Assembly: GCA_963665095.1 (NCBI GenBank)
Contig: OY762069.1
Coordinates: 5,440,001 to 5,504,000, forward strand
DNA length: 64,000 nt
Direction: 5' to 3'
From: an uncultured Desulfobacter sp.
Lineage (GTDB): Bacteria; Desulfobacterota; Desulfobacteria; Desulfobacterales; Desulfobacteraceae
Made by a program: the position numbers and the translations under genes. The notes under the pieces are model-generated. The model was not told the DNA's origin and made no database searches. It saw only the letters and a list, made by a program, of their open reading frames with translations. Within the stretch, counting starts at the first letter, position 1, and each line of letters begins with the position of its first letter. This document shows positions 20,523-33,744 of the stretch, piece after piece.

Positions 20523-21873
20523 TTATTTTACTGAACACACCATAGCTGATGAGAATGTCAAGGGCGCGTTTTACCTGAATATCCTTATTGAGTTTTTCAA
20601 TTTCAACATCTTTGGGGGATTTCTGATCCTTTTCATCGGCCCCAGCCTCTCCCTCTTCCGGTGCTAGACGATTTTTCAGATCCTTCTCCTTAACCATAAG
20701 ATCAAAGGCGGAAAGTTCTTTTTTGGCTTCGGGCACCGTTCCAGGCGCCACCCGGATATCTGGCAGAATTCCCTTGGCCTGAATAGAGTGGCCGCAGGGC
20801 GTATAATACCGGGCAATGGTGTATTTAATACCGAATCCATCCTTCAGGGGGCGCACGGTCTGGACAGAGCCTTTGCCAAAGGAGGTCATGCCAAGAATCA
20901 ATGATCGGGAATTATCCTTGAGGGCACCTGCTACAATCTCGGAAGCCGAGGCTGAACCACCGTTGATTAAAGTCACGATGGGGTAGTTCCGTGCCGGAAT
21001 ATTGGGATGGGCGGAAAATTCCTGGTTGTTTCTGGCTGTCCGGCCCTTTATGGACACAATAATTCCCTTGTCCAGAAACAGGTCGGAAATCTTGATGGCC
21101 TGGTCCAGAAGCCCGCCCGGGTTATCTCGCAGGTCGATGATCAGTCCTTTAAGGCCGGCTCCCTCTTTTTCCAGGTCTGACAGATGTTTTTCCACGTCTT
21201 CCAGGGTGTTCATCCTGAAATTGGTGATTCTCAGATATCCGAAACCAGGACTGAGCATGGCGGAACGTACGCTGGTCATGGGGATCATGTCACGTTTGAG
21301 GGCGAATTCCAGCGGCGCTGATGCCCCTTCCCGGATAATGGTAATTTTGACTTCCTTAAAGCGGGGACCGCGCATTTTGTTGACTGCTTCCCACAAAGCC
21401 ATATCCTTGGTGGAGGCCCCATCAATTTTTACTATAATATCACCGGCGGTTATGCCGGCATCATAGGCGGGCGTGCCTTCTATGGGGGAGACAACAGTGA
21501 GAATTCCGTCCTTCATGGTAATGACAATGCCGATACCGGAAAACTCTCCCTTGGTATCATCCTGGAGTTCATCAAACGCATTGGGAGGCATAAAACTGGA
21601 ATGGGGATCCAGGTTGCCCACCATCCCTTTGATGGCATTATGAACCAGCTCCTCTGGTTTAACCTCGTCCACATAGTTTCTTTCCAGCTCCTCAAGAACG
21701 TCTGCAAACAGCTTTAAAGATTGATAGGTTTCTTCTTCGGCTGCTCGCACTGAACCCGCGGTCAACATCAGTGCCACCGCTGCTGCCATGACAAACCGGA
21801 CCAGATCGAACCGAATCAGATCGGACCAGGCCAAATTGAATCCGATCAATCCGGTTCCATTTTTAATTCTCAT
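20509..21873 (-). CDS. ctpA: Carboxy-terminal processing protease, S41 family (PDZ)
   Basis: 'LDPHSSF', 'GIGIVI', 'DLRDNPGGLL', 'SASASEIVAGALKD', 'SFGKGSVQ'. Confidence 0.92.
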   Translation of the reverse strand: MRIKNGTGLIGFNLAWSDLIRFDLVRFVMAAAVALMLTAGSVRAAEEETYQSLKLFADVLEELERNYVDEVKPEELVHNAIKGMVGNLDPHSSFMPPNAFDELQDDTKGEFSGIGIVITMKDGILTVVSPIEGTPAYDAGITAGDIIVKIDGASTKDMALWEAVNKMRGPRFKEVKITIIREGASAPLEFALKRDMIPMTSVRSAMLSPGFGYLRITNFRMNTLEDVEKHLSDLEKEGAGLKGLIIDLRDNPGGLLDQAIKISDLFLDKGIIVSIKGRTARNNQEFSAHPNIPARNYPIVTLINGGSASASEIVAGALKDNSRSLILGMTSFGKGSVQTVRPLKDGFGIKYTIARYYTPCGHSIQAKGILPDIRVAPGTVPEAKKELSAFDLMVKEKDLKNRLAPEEGEAGADEKDQKSPKDVEIEKLNKDIQVKRALDILISYGVFSKINGCN

Positions 21874-21877
21874 GCAA

Positions 21878-23374
21878 TCATGCTCCTTTTTTCAGCCATT
21901 TGAGAGGATTGAGGGGTTTTCCGTGATGGCGGACCTCAAAATGAAGGCACGGCCCCTTGATGGAGCCGGTATCCCCTGCCGTGCCAATAACTTCTCCTGC
22001 CTCCACCAAATCGCCCTTTTTTTTGAAAAATTCTTCCACATGGGCATACACTGTATGGTAGCTGTCTCCATGGTCGATGATCAAAAGGTTTCCGTAACCC
22101 TTCAGCCATTGGGCAAACATGACCACGCCCTTGAAAACGCTTTTAACGGGCATGCCCCGTTCCGCCTTTATATCAATTCCGTTTTGAAAAGTGAAGGCGT
22201 TGTATTCCCCTTTGCGTGTAGTGCCGAAACGGGAGGTGATCTCCCCCTGAACAGGGACATCAAGTCGTCCTTTCTGTCTGATGAAGGAGGTGTCCGTCAA
22301 GGCCGGGGGCGCAATGGCGGCAATGGTCTGATCCAGTGCCCTGGCTGACGCCTCCAGGGAGTCCACGGCTGCCAGGGCCAGTTTTTTTCGGTGTCTGATG
22401 TCTTTCAGGATCTGTTCTTTTTTGGCTGCTTCCTTTTTCCGGATCAGGACCTGGGTTGCCATCTCTTCCTTAAGCTCGGTTTTAAGCTTGACCTGGCGGG
22501 TCAGTTCCTTTTCAAGGCGGGCCATCTCCGCCATGTTCCGGGCCTGTTCATCCAGCAGGGAATAATCTGATGCCACCACCTTTTTTAAAGCATTCTGGGT
22601 GACGACAAAATCAAATAGGGAAGAAGGCGGGGCGGCCATTTCAAGGCTGCCCATCCGGTGCATGCGGAAAAGTGCGTTTAACCGCTGTTCCGCATAGTTC
22701 CGGATCTCTTTCATGTTTGCTTTTAACTCGGCCATGGACGCCTGGGTCTGTTCAATTTCTGAGGCAATGGCCACAGTGTCCCGGCGCAGGGTCTGCACCG
22801 CCATCCGGGCCTGGTTCAGGGCCATATCGATTTCATTGAGCCCGTCCAGAACCTGCATCTCCTGCCGGGAAAACTGTTTGACCTTCTCGGTCTCCTGTTG
22901 AATTTGTTTTTCAAGGGCCTTTTGTCTGGCCGGATCGGCCTTGATGTGTTTTTCCTGTCTGGGACTCTTTTGTGTCTCCGGTCCGTTCGACACCTTTGTT
23001 TTCGGCGTATTCATTGTCGAACCGGCATCCTGCTTCCCGAAAGTGTCTGAAGAGACCGGCTTAAGCAGGATATATCTGGTGCGGTTTCTGATATACCCTT
23101 TCAGGCCCTGGTATTCCACTGTCAGCCAGCCGCCCTCTCCACCTTCCATTTCCAGTACATCAACACTCTCCCCTTTATTCAGAACCACAACCACATGGGC
23201 GGTCGTGTCCGGAGATGAACGGATATTGAGTTTAGCGGTGTTGATTTTCCCTTTGTAAATCACTCTGGCCACTGCATTATCCATCAGGGAAAAGAGGCAT
23301 GCGGCTGCCAGGCAGGTGATGAAAATCTGCCTTATTTTAATATTTGTTTCAGCGAGAGGAAACATCCGAACCAA
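21878..23374 (-). CDS. envC: EnvC-like murein hydrolase activator (SH3b + coiled coil + M23)
   Basis: N-terminal 'LNIRSSPDT...GWL.VEY.G.KGYI' (SH3b), long coiled coil, M23 'NGIDI...GYGNLLIIDHG...LHFEVR'; in operon with ftsEX. Confidence 0.8.
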   Translation of the reverse strand: MVRMFPLAETNIKIRQIFITCLAAACLFSLMDNAVARVIYKGKINTAKLNIRSSPDTTAHVVVVLNKGESVDVLEMEGGEGGWLTVEYQGLKGYIRNRTRYILLKPVSSDTFGKQDAGSTMNTPKTKVSNGPETQKSPRQEKHIKADPARQKALEKQIQQETEKVKQFSRQEMQVLDGLNEIDMALNQARMAVQTLRRDTVAIASEIEQTQASMAELKANMKEIRNYAEQRLNALFRMHRMGSLEMAAPPSSLFDFVVTQNALKKVVASDYSLLDEQARNMAEMARLEKELTRQVKLKTELKEEMATQVLIRKKEAAKKEQILKDIRHRKKLALAAVDSLEASARALDQTIAAIAPPALTDTSFIRQKGRLDVPVQGEITSRFGTTRKGEYNAFTFQNGIDIKAERGMPVKSVFKGVVMFAQWLKGYGNLLIIDHGDSYHTVYAHVEEFFKKKGDLVEAGEVIGTAGDTGSIKGPCLHFEVRHHGKPLNPLKWLKKGA

Positions 23375-24207
23375 CCTAAAAAGGTGCTGGAAAATAGAAT
23401 TAATGTCACGGCCTGCCAGGAGAGAAAGCGAATGTCAATATAGATATAGGAGCCCAGATTTTCTGCCATGCCCGAGGAGAGGGCCAGATATCCTGCCAGA
23501 AGAATTAAGATTCCCACAAGCCCGCCGAAAAAACCCTGCAGAATTCCTTCCATATAAAAGGGGGTTTTGATAAATCCATTGGTGGCACCCACCAGGCGCA
23601 TGATTTCCACCTCGGTCTGTCTGGCATAAAATGCCAGACGTACCGTATTGGCTGTGATAAACAGGGCGATCATCAAAAACAGGCTGCACATGGCATAGCC
23701 GGTCATTTTGAAAAGATTGAACAGTTTGAGAAATTTGCCCAGCCATCCCTGACCATACTCCACAGTATCTACCAGATCCAAAGCTTCGATCCGGGCGGCG
23801 GCTTTCTGAATTTCCTCAAAACTTGAATGGGCCACCATGATGATTTCCAGGGAATGGGGAAGGGGATTGGTCTGGAGGGTTGACAAAAATTGGGTTTTAG
23901 AGCCCATTTCCGTTTTCAGCCGCTCCAGGGCCTGCTCCTTTGACACAAAGGTTATTTTTTCAATCCCTCCCATGGCCACGAGCTGTTCCTTCAGATTCGG
24001 CAGCATGGGAGGGGTAAAGGAACTGTTTAAGTATACCATGGCCCGGCCCCCGTGATTCCAGGAGGCAAGAACCCGGCTGGTATTTTCAAAAAAAAGCAGG
24101 AATACAGACACCAGCAGAATGGACAGGGCTATGGTCATAATGGTGATCAGATTCAGAAACCGGTTAGACCGGATGTCTTTCAGGGCTTTTGTTATAAATC
24201 GCATCAT
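23332..24207 (-). CDS. ftsX: Cell division permease FtsX
   Basis: 'FVSKEQALE', 'NPLP', 'NTVRL..YAR..EVEIMRLVGAT..FIKTPF..EG'. Confidence 0.95.
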   Translation of the reverse strand: MMRFITKALKDIRSNRFLNLITIMTIALSILLVSVFLLFFENTSRVLASWNHGGRAMVYLNSSFTPPMLPNLKEQLVAMGGIEKITFVSKEQALERLKTEMGSKTQFLSTLQTNPLPHSLEIIMVAHSSFEEIQKAAARIEALDLVDTVEYGQGWLGKFLKLFNLFKMTGYAMCSLFLMIALFITANTVRLAFYARQTEVEIMRLVGATNGFIKTPFYMEGILQGFFGGLVGILILLAGYLALSSGMAENLGSYIYIDIRFLSWQAVTLILFSSTFLGWFGCFLSLKQILK

Positions 24208-24225
24208 ATCGTAACAAGTTCTTTC

Positions 24226-24924
24226 CTAATAGAGCATGGTGGAGATGCTTTTAAGTTTCCCGTCCTCCAGGGCAATATTCCGCCCATCCGCTATATTTTT
24301 CAGCAAACTGATGTTATGACTGGCAACCAGAATCGTGGCCCCGTTTTTATGGTACTGGAGAAGCAGATCCAGTACCTTCTGGGCTGATTCGCTGTCCAGG
24401 CTGCCGGTTGGTTCGTCGGCCAGGATAATAGCGGGTTCTCCCACCACGGCACGTGCCACAGCCACGCGCTGCTGTTCGCCCCCTGACAGTGTGGGGGGCA
24501 GGTGATGGGCTTTTTTTTCCATACCCGTCACCCGAAGTACGTGCATCACCTTTTTTTTAATATATGACGGTTTTTCTCCTGCCACCCGCAGTACCAATGC
24601 TACATTTTCAAACACAGTGCGATTGGGAATCAGTTTAAAATCCTGGAACACCATACCGAAACGGCGGCGAAAAAAGGGCAGTCTGGCTGATGAAATTCTA
24701 GCCAGGTTCATGCCGTTAATGAGGATCTGTCCTTCCGACACCCGTTCAGCTAAATAGAGAACTTTTAGCAGGGTCGATTTGCCCGCCCCGGAAGGGCCTG
24801 TCACAATGATGAACTCACCAGGTTCAATATCAAGGGTGATATCATTTAAGGCCAGCTTGCCGCCATAGCGCTTAGTTACATTAAACAACCTGATAATATT
24901 GGCTTTGCCGCCGTCCGCGTTCAT
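24226..24924 (-). CDS. ftsE: Cell division ATP-binding protein FtsE
   Basis: 'GPSGAGKST', 'GMVFQDFKL', '[14 protein letters not shown]', 'ADEPTG'; adjacent to ftsX. Confidence 0.95.
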   Translation of the reverse strand: MNADGGKANIIRLFNVTKRYGGKLALNDITLDIEPGEFIIVTGPSGAGKSTLLKVLYLAERVSEGQILINGMNLARISSARLPFFRRRFGMVFQDFKLIPNRTVFENVALVLRVAGEKPSYIKKKVMHVLRVTGMEKKAHHLPPTLSGGEQQRVAVARAVVGEPAIILADEPTGSLDSESAQKVLDLLLQYHKNGATILVASHNISLLKNIADGRNIALEDGKLKSISTMLY

Positions 24925-25254
24925 ATTTGGAATTGCCGCCTTGTGGTATTTCAGGATAATTGACTGACACTGAATTTACTGATATAAACCGCGTGTGTCA
25001 AGGAGTGCTGAAAAACAGTTTTTCTTACACAAAGCCTTCACTGAACCCGTAAACCGGCTTCTTCCAAATCAGTGAAGGCTTAAACTTTGCTGCCTGGGCC
25101 TGACTATTTGCAGCGGTTTTCTGATAACCTCCTGGGTTGCTTTTGTTTTTAGCCGGCCGGATGCCGGCAAGGACAACAGGCCCCAAACCGTAATCTTTGA
25201 ACTGGGTTTAGGAAAAGGTTTGGAAAAAGTAGGAGAAGCCACAGGAATTAAGTA

Positions 25255-26058
25255 ATGATTCTTTTTGACTCCCATTGCCATATTGACGATAAAAGTTACG
25301 ATAAAGATCTGAATCAGGTCATGGAACGGGCCCGGGACTTAGGCGTGCTTGCTGTGATGGCCGTAGGCATTGACCGTGAGACCTCCCTTAAGGCCATTGA
25401 TATTGCCCGAAATTTTGATCACGTATACACCTCGGTGGGGGTTCATCCCCATGATGCAGTTCAGTGTTCGGCCCAGGTTTTAAATGAATTGAAACAACTG
25501 GCCCTGGGGAATGAGTGCGTAAAGGCCTGGGGGGAGATCGGCCTTGATTTTAACCGCATGTTTTCCCCGCAAAAAGACCAGGAGGCCTGCTTTTCCGCTC
25601 AGCTGGCCCTGGCGGGAAAATTGGATATGCCCCTGATTTTCCATGAGCGGGATTCCAAGGGCCGGTTTTATGAAATTCTGAAATCAGACGGTCCCAAGTC
25701 AAGAAAAGGGGTGGTTCACTGCTTTTCCGGGACCAGAGAAGAGATGTTTAACTATCTGGATTTAGGCTACTACATCGGCATCACCGGGATTCTGACCATC
25801 CTTCAGCGGGGCGAGTATCTGCGCAGCATTGTTCCTCTGATTCCAAAGGACAGGATTCTTATTGAAACCGACGCCCCTTATCTGACGCCGAAGCCCTGGC
25901 GTAACAAGTTGCGCCGCAACGAGCCCGGTTTTGTCCGGGGCGTGATGGAGCGCCTGGCCCAAGTCCGCAATGAAGACCCGGACCAACTTGCCGCCGCAGT
26001 GTTCAAAAACACCCTGACACTATACAACATCCCGGCAGACCCCGCCTGGCAGATTTAA
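25255..26058 (+). CDS. tatD: TatD-family nuclease
   Basis: 'DSHCH', 'GVHPH', 'GEIGLD', 'VVHCFSG', 'ETDAPYL'. Confidence 0.93.
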   Translation: MILFDSHCHIDDKSYDKDLNQVMERARDLGVLAVMAVGIDRETSLKAIDIARNFDHVYTSVGVHPHDAVQCSAQVLNELKQLALGNECVKAWGEIGLDFNRMFSPQKDQEACFSAQLALAGKLDMPLIFHERDSKGRFYEILKSDGPKSRKGVVHCFSGTREEMFNYLDLGYYIGITGILTILQRGEYLRSIVPLIPKDRILIETDAPYLTPKPWRNKLRRNEPGFVRGVMERLAQVRNEDPDQLAAAVFKNTLTLYNIPADPAWQI

Positions 26059-27248
26059 GCTTTTTCCATAAGTTTTGTGACTGCCTGCTCCAGCCCGTCT
26101 AAGGAAAGTTCAAACATAGGAAAGATCTTTGAGATGGCCAGAATGGTGTGGGTATAGCCCCACATGGTTCTGGATACCGGGTTAAGCCACACCGCGCACC
26201 GAAAGGTGTCGTTCAGAAAATGAAGCTGCTCGATACTTGGCCGGCCGCTGCGGTCTGAAATATGGATAGACCCGTCATGGGCCATGAGTTCATAGGGCGC
26301 CATGCTGGCGTCGCCCACAATAATCAGCCGGGTTTCCGGGTCCAGCCGGGCAAAATCCATTATTTTTTTTGGTTTTTTATACCTGGAAGCGTCTTCCCAC
26401 ACATAATCATAAATAGTGTTGTGAAAAAAGTAAGTTTTCACCTCTTTGAACTGGGCCCTGGCATAATCAAAAAGGGTCTGCACCACCTGTATATAGGGAT
26501 CCATGGACCAGCCCCCGTTGTCAATGGCCAGAATTACCTTGAGCCGGTCCTTCATGGCCCGGTCAAACACCAGTTCAATCTCCCCGCCATTGCGAAGTGT
26601 CTGTCTGATGGTGTCATCCACATTGATCACATCCTTGGGTCCGGCCGGAATCATGTTGCGAAGCCGTTTCAGGGCCTCCCCGATTTTGGCCTGGGTCAAC
26701 GGTCCCTGGGTGGAGTAGTCCTTGTACCGGCGCTCATTGGCCACTTTTACCGCGGACTTATTCCGGGACTCGCCCCCCACCCGCATGCCACCGGGATGAT
26801 ATCCGGAATGACCCACCGGAGAGGTGCCACCGGTGCCGATCCATTTATTCCCGCCATCATGACGGCCATCCTGGTCCTTGAGCCGTTTTTTGAAATATTC
26901 AATCAGCTCATCCGGGGTCATTTTTTTAAGCACTTTTTCGTCAATGCCTAAAGCATCTGCCATGGTTTTGGGGTTTTTCAGCCATTCATCCAGCATGGCC
27001 CGGGCCATCTGGTCGATTTCAAATCCTGAATCCTCGGGCAGGGGCACGCCGTCAAAATGGTGGACAAATACCTGATCATACAGATCAAAGTATCGTTCAC
27101 TTTTCACCAGCACGGCCCTGGCACAGGTATAAAAATCATCCAGACTGATTATCAGTCCCTGGTAAAGCGCCTTTTGCAGGGTCAGAAAAGAGGTGGGAGA
27201 GACCGGTACTCCCACATCCTTTAATGTATAGAAAAAGTTAAGAAACAT
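26055..27248 (-). CDS. VWA-domain protein (CoxE-like), partner of MoxR ATPase
   Basis: 'KWIGTGGTSP.GH.G', 'DNGGWSM', 'FFHN', 'VGDASMAPYE', 'WLNP'. Confidence 0.85.
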   Translation of the reverse strand: MFLNFFYTLKDVGVPVSPTSFLTLQKALYQGLIISLDDFYTCARAVLVKSERYFDLYDQVFVHHFDGVPLPEDSGFEIDQMARAMLDEWLKNPKTMADALGIDEKVLKKMTPDELIEYFKKRLKDQDGRHDGGNKWIGTGGTSPVGHSGYHPGGMRVGGESRNKSAVKVANERRYKDYSTQGPLTQAKIGEALKRLRNMIPAGPKDVINVDDTIRQTLRNGGEIELVFDRAMKDRLKVILAIDNGGWSMDPYIQVVQTLFDYARAQFKEVKTYFFHNTIYDYVWEDASRYKKPKKIMDFARLDPETRLIIVGDASMAPYELMAHDGSIHISDRSGRPSIEQLHFLNDTFRCAVWLNPVSRTMWGYTHTILAISKIFPMFELSLDGLEQAVTKLMEKA

Positions 27249-27257
27249 GGAAGGTCC

Positions 27258-28121
27258 TTAAAAAAGTTTGCGCCGGGATGTGACATTTTTGGCCCGTTCA
27301 TAATCCGGGCTTTTCTTAAACAGAACCCCCAAAAAGGGCATGGCACCTTTTATCAGATCCTTGGATCTGAAATCAGGATCTGCCTCAAGGGCACGGATCC
27401 AGTTGATCAGTTCCCGGGTAGCAGGCTTTTTTTCAATGCCTTCAATATCCCGGACCGCATAAAACGCATCAATGGCGTTCTCGGCAAGCTTGCTGTCAAT
27501 ACCCGGGAAATGAACGCCGATAATTTTGCGCATCATTTTGGGGTCCGGAAAGGCAATGTGGTGAAAATTACACCGGCCGAGAAAGGGATCGGACAGATCT
27601 TTTTTGGCATTGGAGGTGATGATAATGACAGGGCGGTGAATGGCAGAGACGGTCCGGTCTGTTTCAATAATGTCAAACTGCATCTGGTCCAGCACGTCCA
27701 GCATATCATCCTGGAAATCGGTGTCTGCCTTGTCAATCTCATCAATGAGGAGCACAGCCCGCTGTTCCGAGCAGAAGGCCTGGCCGATTTTGCCCATCTT
27801 TATATATTCGTCAATATTGCTCACATCCCGGGAGGAGTCTCCGAACCTGGAGTCATTGAGCCGGGTAAGGGTGTCATACTGATACAGGGCCTCCACAAGT
27901 TTCATGCTGGATTTGACATTCAGGATGATCAGGGGCATATCCAGGTTGTCGGCAATGGCATGGGCCAGCATGGTTTTGCCTGTGCCTGGCTCACCTTTCA
28001 GCAGCAAAGGCATCTCAAGGGTCATGGATATATTGACAATGGATGCAAGCTCCGGATCAAGTACATATTTCTGCGCCCCCTGGAACCGGGCGTTATGGCT
28101 GTCTGTCATTGGATTCTCCAT
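27258..28121 (-). CDS. MoxR-family AAA+ ATPase
   Basis: 'PLLLKGEPGTGKT', 'LLIDEIDKAD', 'ITSNAKKDLSDPFLGRC', 'KKPATREL'. Confidence 0.92.
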   Translation of the reverse strand: MENPMTDSHNARFQGAQKYVLDPELASIVNISMTLEMPLLLKGEPGTGKTMLAHAIADNLDMPLIILNVKSSMKLVEALYQYDTLTRLNDSRFGDSSRDVSNIDEYIKMGKIGQAFCSEQRAVLLIDEIDKADTDFQDDMLDVLDQMQFDIIETDRTVSAIHRPVIIITSNAKKDLSDPFLGRCNFHHIAFPDPKMMRKIIGVHFPGIDSKLAENAIDAFYAVRDIEGIEKKPATRELINWIRALEADPDFRSKDLIKGAMPFLGVLFKKSPDYERAKNVTSRRKLF

Positions 28122-28413
28122 GTTGTCGGTTTTATAGAAATTAAGATAAAGTCAAGCTTTTTGGTTAGCAGGCCCGGATTTCATAGTCAATGTTAATTTT
28201 TATTTTTGTCCCGATTTAATGGTTCGGGTGCAATAGTATCGGGGTTTATTGAACCTGTACGAACTCGGGTATTCTGGGTATTAATTACAAAATTGAAAGA
28301 TTCGGTTTGTAGGATGCTGCTGCTTAATGATTGACTTCAAACAGGTTAAGTGTTAATGACCTGAATTAACGATTTTTTATGCTAATACCCTGAAAAAATG
28401 AGGAGCTTAAATC

Positions 28414-28602
28414 ATGATTGGTGGAATAGGAATGCCGGAGTTGATAATCATTCTGGTTATTATCCTGATTATATTTGGTGCTGGTAAACTTCCGGAAATA
28501 GGTGCTGGACTTGGAAAGGGAATCAAGAATTTCAAAAAAGCCACAAGAGAACCCATTGATGATGACAAGGAGCGCGAGCCTGAAAAATTAGACAAAAATT
28601 AA
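28414..28602 (+). CDS. tatA: Twin-arginine translocase subunit TatA/E
   Basis: '[37 protein letters not shown]'. Confidence 0.95.
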   Translation: MIGGIGMPELIIILVIILIIFGAGKLPEIGAGLGKGIKNFKKATREPIDDDKEREPEKLDKN

Positions 28603-28636
28603 ATTTGTGCTGGTTCGCCACGGTTTCTGAATTTCG

Positions 28637-28672
28637 ACAGCCAGGCATACCGCATGTCTGGCTGTTTTCTTT
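28637..28672 (+). terminator. Intrinsic terminator after tatA
   Basis: ACAGCCAGGCAT/ATGTCTGGCTGT stem followed by TTTCTTT. Confidence 0.7.
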
Positions 28673-28850
28673 CGATTTCCGGCATATCATGTATCCACTC
28701 GCCCTAATATTTTTCCGGTTGACACATAGTTACAAAAAAGTACTAACCATCTCCTTGGTTCAGACATTATTGTAATTAATTTCATCCTTTTTCTATGGTG
28801 TGTTGAATCTGAGCACTCCTTGTTTTTATAACTCATTGAAAATAAAAGGC

Positions 28851-28866
28851 TGGCACATCCATTGCA
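28851..28866 (+). promoter_or_regulatory. Sigma54 (-24/-12) promoter upstream of glnD-glnB-glnA
   Basis: TGGCAC-ATCCA-TTGCA matches the TGGCAC-N5-TTGC consensus exactly, ~100 bp before the glnD ATG. Confidence 0.85.
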
Positions 28867-28969
28867 ATTATAGCGAAAAGCTTTTTAGAATATGACCAGG
28901 CGGCTTAAGATACTATACCCGGAATAGGATGACCTTAAAAAAATTAAAAAAAGAGTACATTCAAACAGT

Positions 28970-31928
<2,959 letters not shown>

Positions 31929-32079
31929 CTTAGAGTTTGAACGAAAACGCTGCGCCTGGGTAGCTTTTCCCAAATCCGGTTTTGATTCTGACTCTAACTT
32001 CAGCGCAGTTGACTGCGTATTTTATTTGACACCCATATTCAGGGATTAACCCATAATTATTATATAGAAAGGGAAAATT

Positions 32080-33492
32080 ATGACACCAAAAGACGTACTG
32101 GCAATGGCCAAAGAAAATGATGTGAAAGTGGTTGACATCCGCTACATGGATTTCATCGGCACCTGGCAGCACTTCAGCGTACCTGTATCAGAGCTGACTG
32201 AAGCTTCCTTTGAAGACGGTTTTGGATTTGACGGTTCCTCCATGAGAGCATGGCAGGCCATTAACAACTCTGACATGAACGTTGTTCCGGAAGCCGGCAC
32301 CGCTAAAATTGATCCGTTTTTCAAGGATTCTACACTGGTTGTAATTGGCAATATTCAAGATCCCATCACTGGCGAAGCTTATTCCAGAGATCCCCGCGGC
32401 ATTGCCAAAAGAACAGAAAGCTACATTAAAAGCACCGGCCTGGGCGACACCATTTTTGTAGGTCCCGAGCCCGAGTTCTTCATCTTCTCCAACATCCGTT
32501 ACGCGTCTGATCCCCATGCTTCCTTCTTTGAAATTGATTCCCCGGAAGCAAACTGGAACACCGGTGACGGCTCCGAACCCAACCTGGGTTACAAAATCAA
32601 ACCCAAACACGGTTACTTCCCCCTTCCGCCGGCTGACAACTATCAGGACATGAGATCTGAGATGATGCTGACCCTGATGGATCTGGGTATTGAAATGGAA
32701 TGCCAGCATCATGAGGTTGCCTCTGCCGGACAGTCTGAAATCGACCTTCGGTTTGACTCCCTGCTGAAAATGGGCGACAAACTGGCCTGGTTTAAATATG
32801 TTTTGAGAAATGTGGCGGCTAAATACGGACATTGCGTTACCTTCATGCCCAAACCGCTCTTTGGTGACAACGGTACCGGTATGCACACCCACATGAGTTT
32901 CTGGAAAGATGGCGAGCCCACCTTTGCCGGTAACAAATATGCAGGTATGTCTGACAACGCGCTTTGGGCCATCGGCGGCATCATGAAACACTGCAAAGCA
33001 CTTTGCGCCATCACCAACCCCACCACCAACTCCTACAAACGTCTGGTACCGGGTTTTGAAGCGCCTATTAAACTGGCTTACTCCAGCCGGAACCGTTCTG
33101 CTGCCATCCGTCTGCCCATGTACTCCGGATCTCCCAAGGCAAAACGCCTTGAGTTCCGTACACCTGATCCCAGCGCCAACGGCTACATGGCCTTCTCCGC
33201 CATTGCCATGGCAATGATTGACGGTATCCAGAACAAAATTGATCCGGGCGATCCCATGGATAAAAATATCTATGATCTGCCGGCTGAAGAGCTCGCAGCT
33301 ATTCCGTCCGCACCGGGCAGCCTTGAAGAAGCACTTGAGGCCCTTAAGGCTGACAACGAATTCCTGCTCAAGGGTGATGTTTTCACTAAAGACGTTATTG
33401 AGTACTGGATTGACTACAAAATGGAAAACGAAGTTAAACCGGTTATCAGCCGTCCGCATCCCCATGAGTTCTACCTGTACTTTGACATTTAG
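32080..33492 (+). CDS. glnA: Glutamine synthetase type I
   Basis: 'FDGSS', 'GPEPEFF', 'HHEVA', 'TFMPKP..GDNGTGMH', 'NSYKRLVPGFEAP', adenylylation site 'KNIYDLP'. Confidence 0.98.
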   Translation: MTPKDVLAMAKENDVKVVDIRYMDFIGTWQHFSVPVSELTEASFEDGFGFDGSSMRAWQAINNSDMNVVPEAGTAKIDPFFKDSTLVVIGNIQDPITGEAYSRDPRGIAKRTESYIKSTGLGDTIFVGPEPEFFIFSNIRYASDPHASFFEIDSPEANWNTGDGSEPNLGYKIKPKHGYFPLPPADNYQDMRSEMMLTLMDLGIEMECQHHEVASAGQSEIDLRFDSLLKMGDKLAWFKYVLRNVAAKYGHCVTFMPKPLFGDNGTGMHTHMSFWKDGEPTFAGNKYAGMSDNALWAIGGIMKHCKALCAITNPTTNSYKRLVPGFEAPIKLAYSSRNRSAAIRLPMYSGSPKAKRLEFRTPDPSANGYMAFSAIAMAMIDGIQNKIDPGDPMDKNIYDLPAEELAAIPSAPGSLEEALEALKADNEFLLKGDVFTKDVIEYWIDYKMENEVKPVISRPHPHEFYLYFDI

Positions 33493-33529
33493 TTAGACCA
33501 GCCTCCTGTTGGGGATTGACCTGACAAAC

Positions 33530-33573
33530 GGGCCTGGAGAGCCATTGCGCTTTCCGGGCCCATTCTTTATTTT
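33530..33573 (+). terminator. Intrinsic terminator after glnA
   Basis: GGGCCTGGAGAGC/GCTTTCCGGGCCC stem followed by a T-rich tail. Confidence 0.7.
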
Positions 33574-33744
33574 CACCCGGGTTTCCGCTCTTTTTTTCTT
33601 GTACACGCCTGTCCCACATTTATGTACTTTTTTAATGCAATCAAAAACAAAATACGCTATATACTCAGATAAAATAGACAGGCCCTGGAACAGGAAGCAA
33701 TTTCTCCTGCCTCAAATATCAGCAAGGGAGCAGATACCTCAACT

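Noticed and set aside
32188..33465. 425-aa antisense ORF (and similar shadow ORFs such as 20005-20667, 26262-26951, 27510-28196)
   Set aside because: They lie opposite well-supported genes and have no recognisable motifs; likely codon-bias artefacts.
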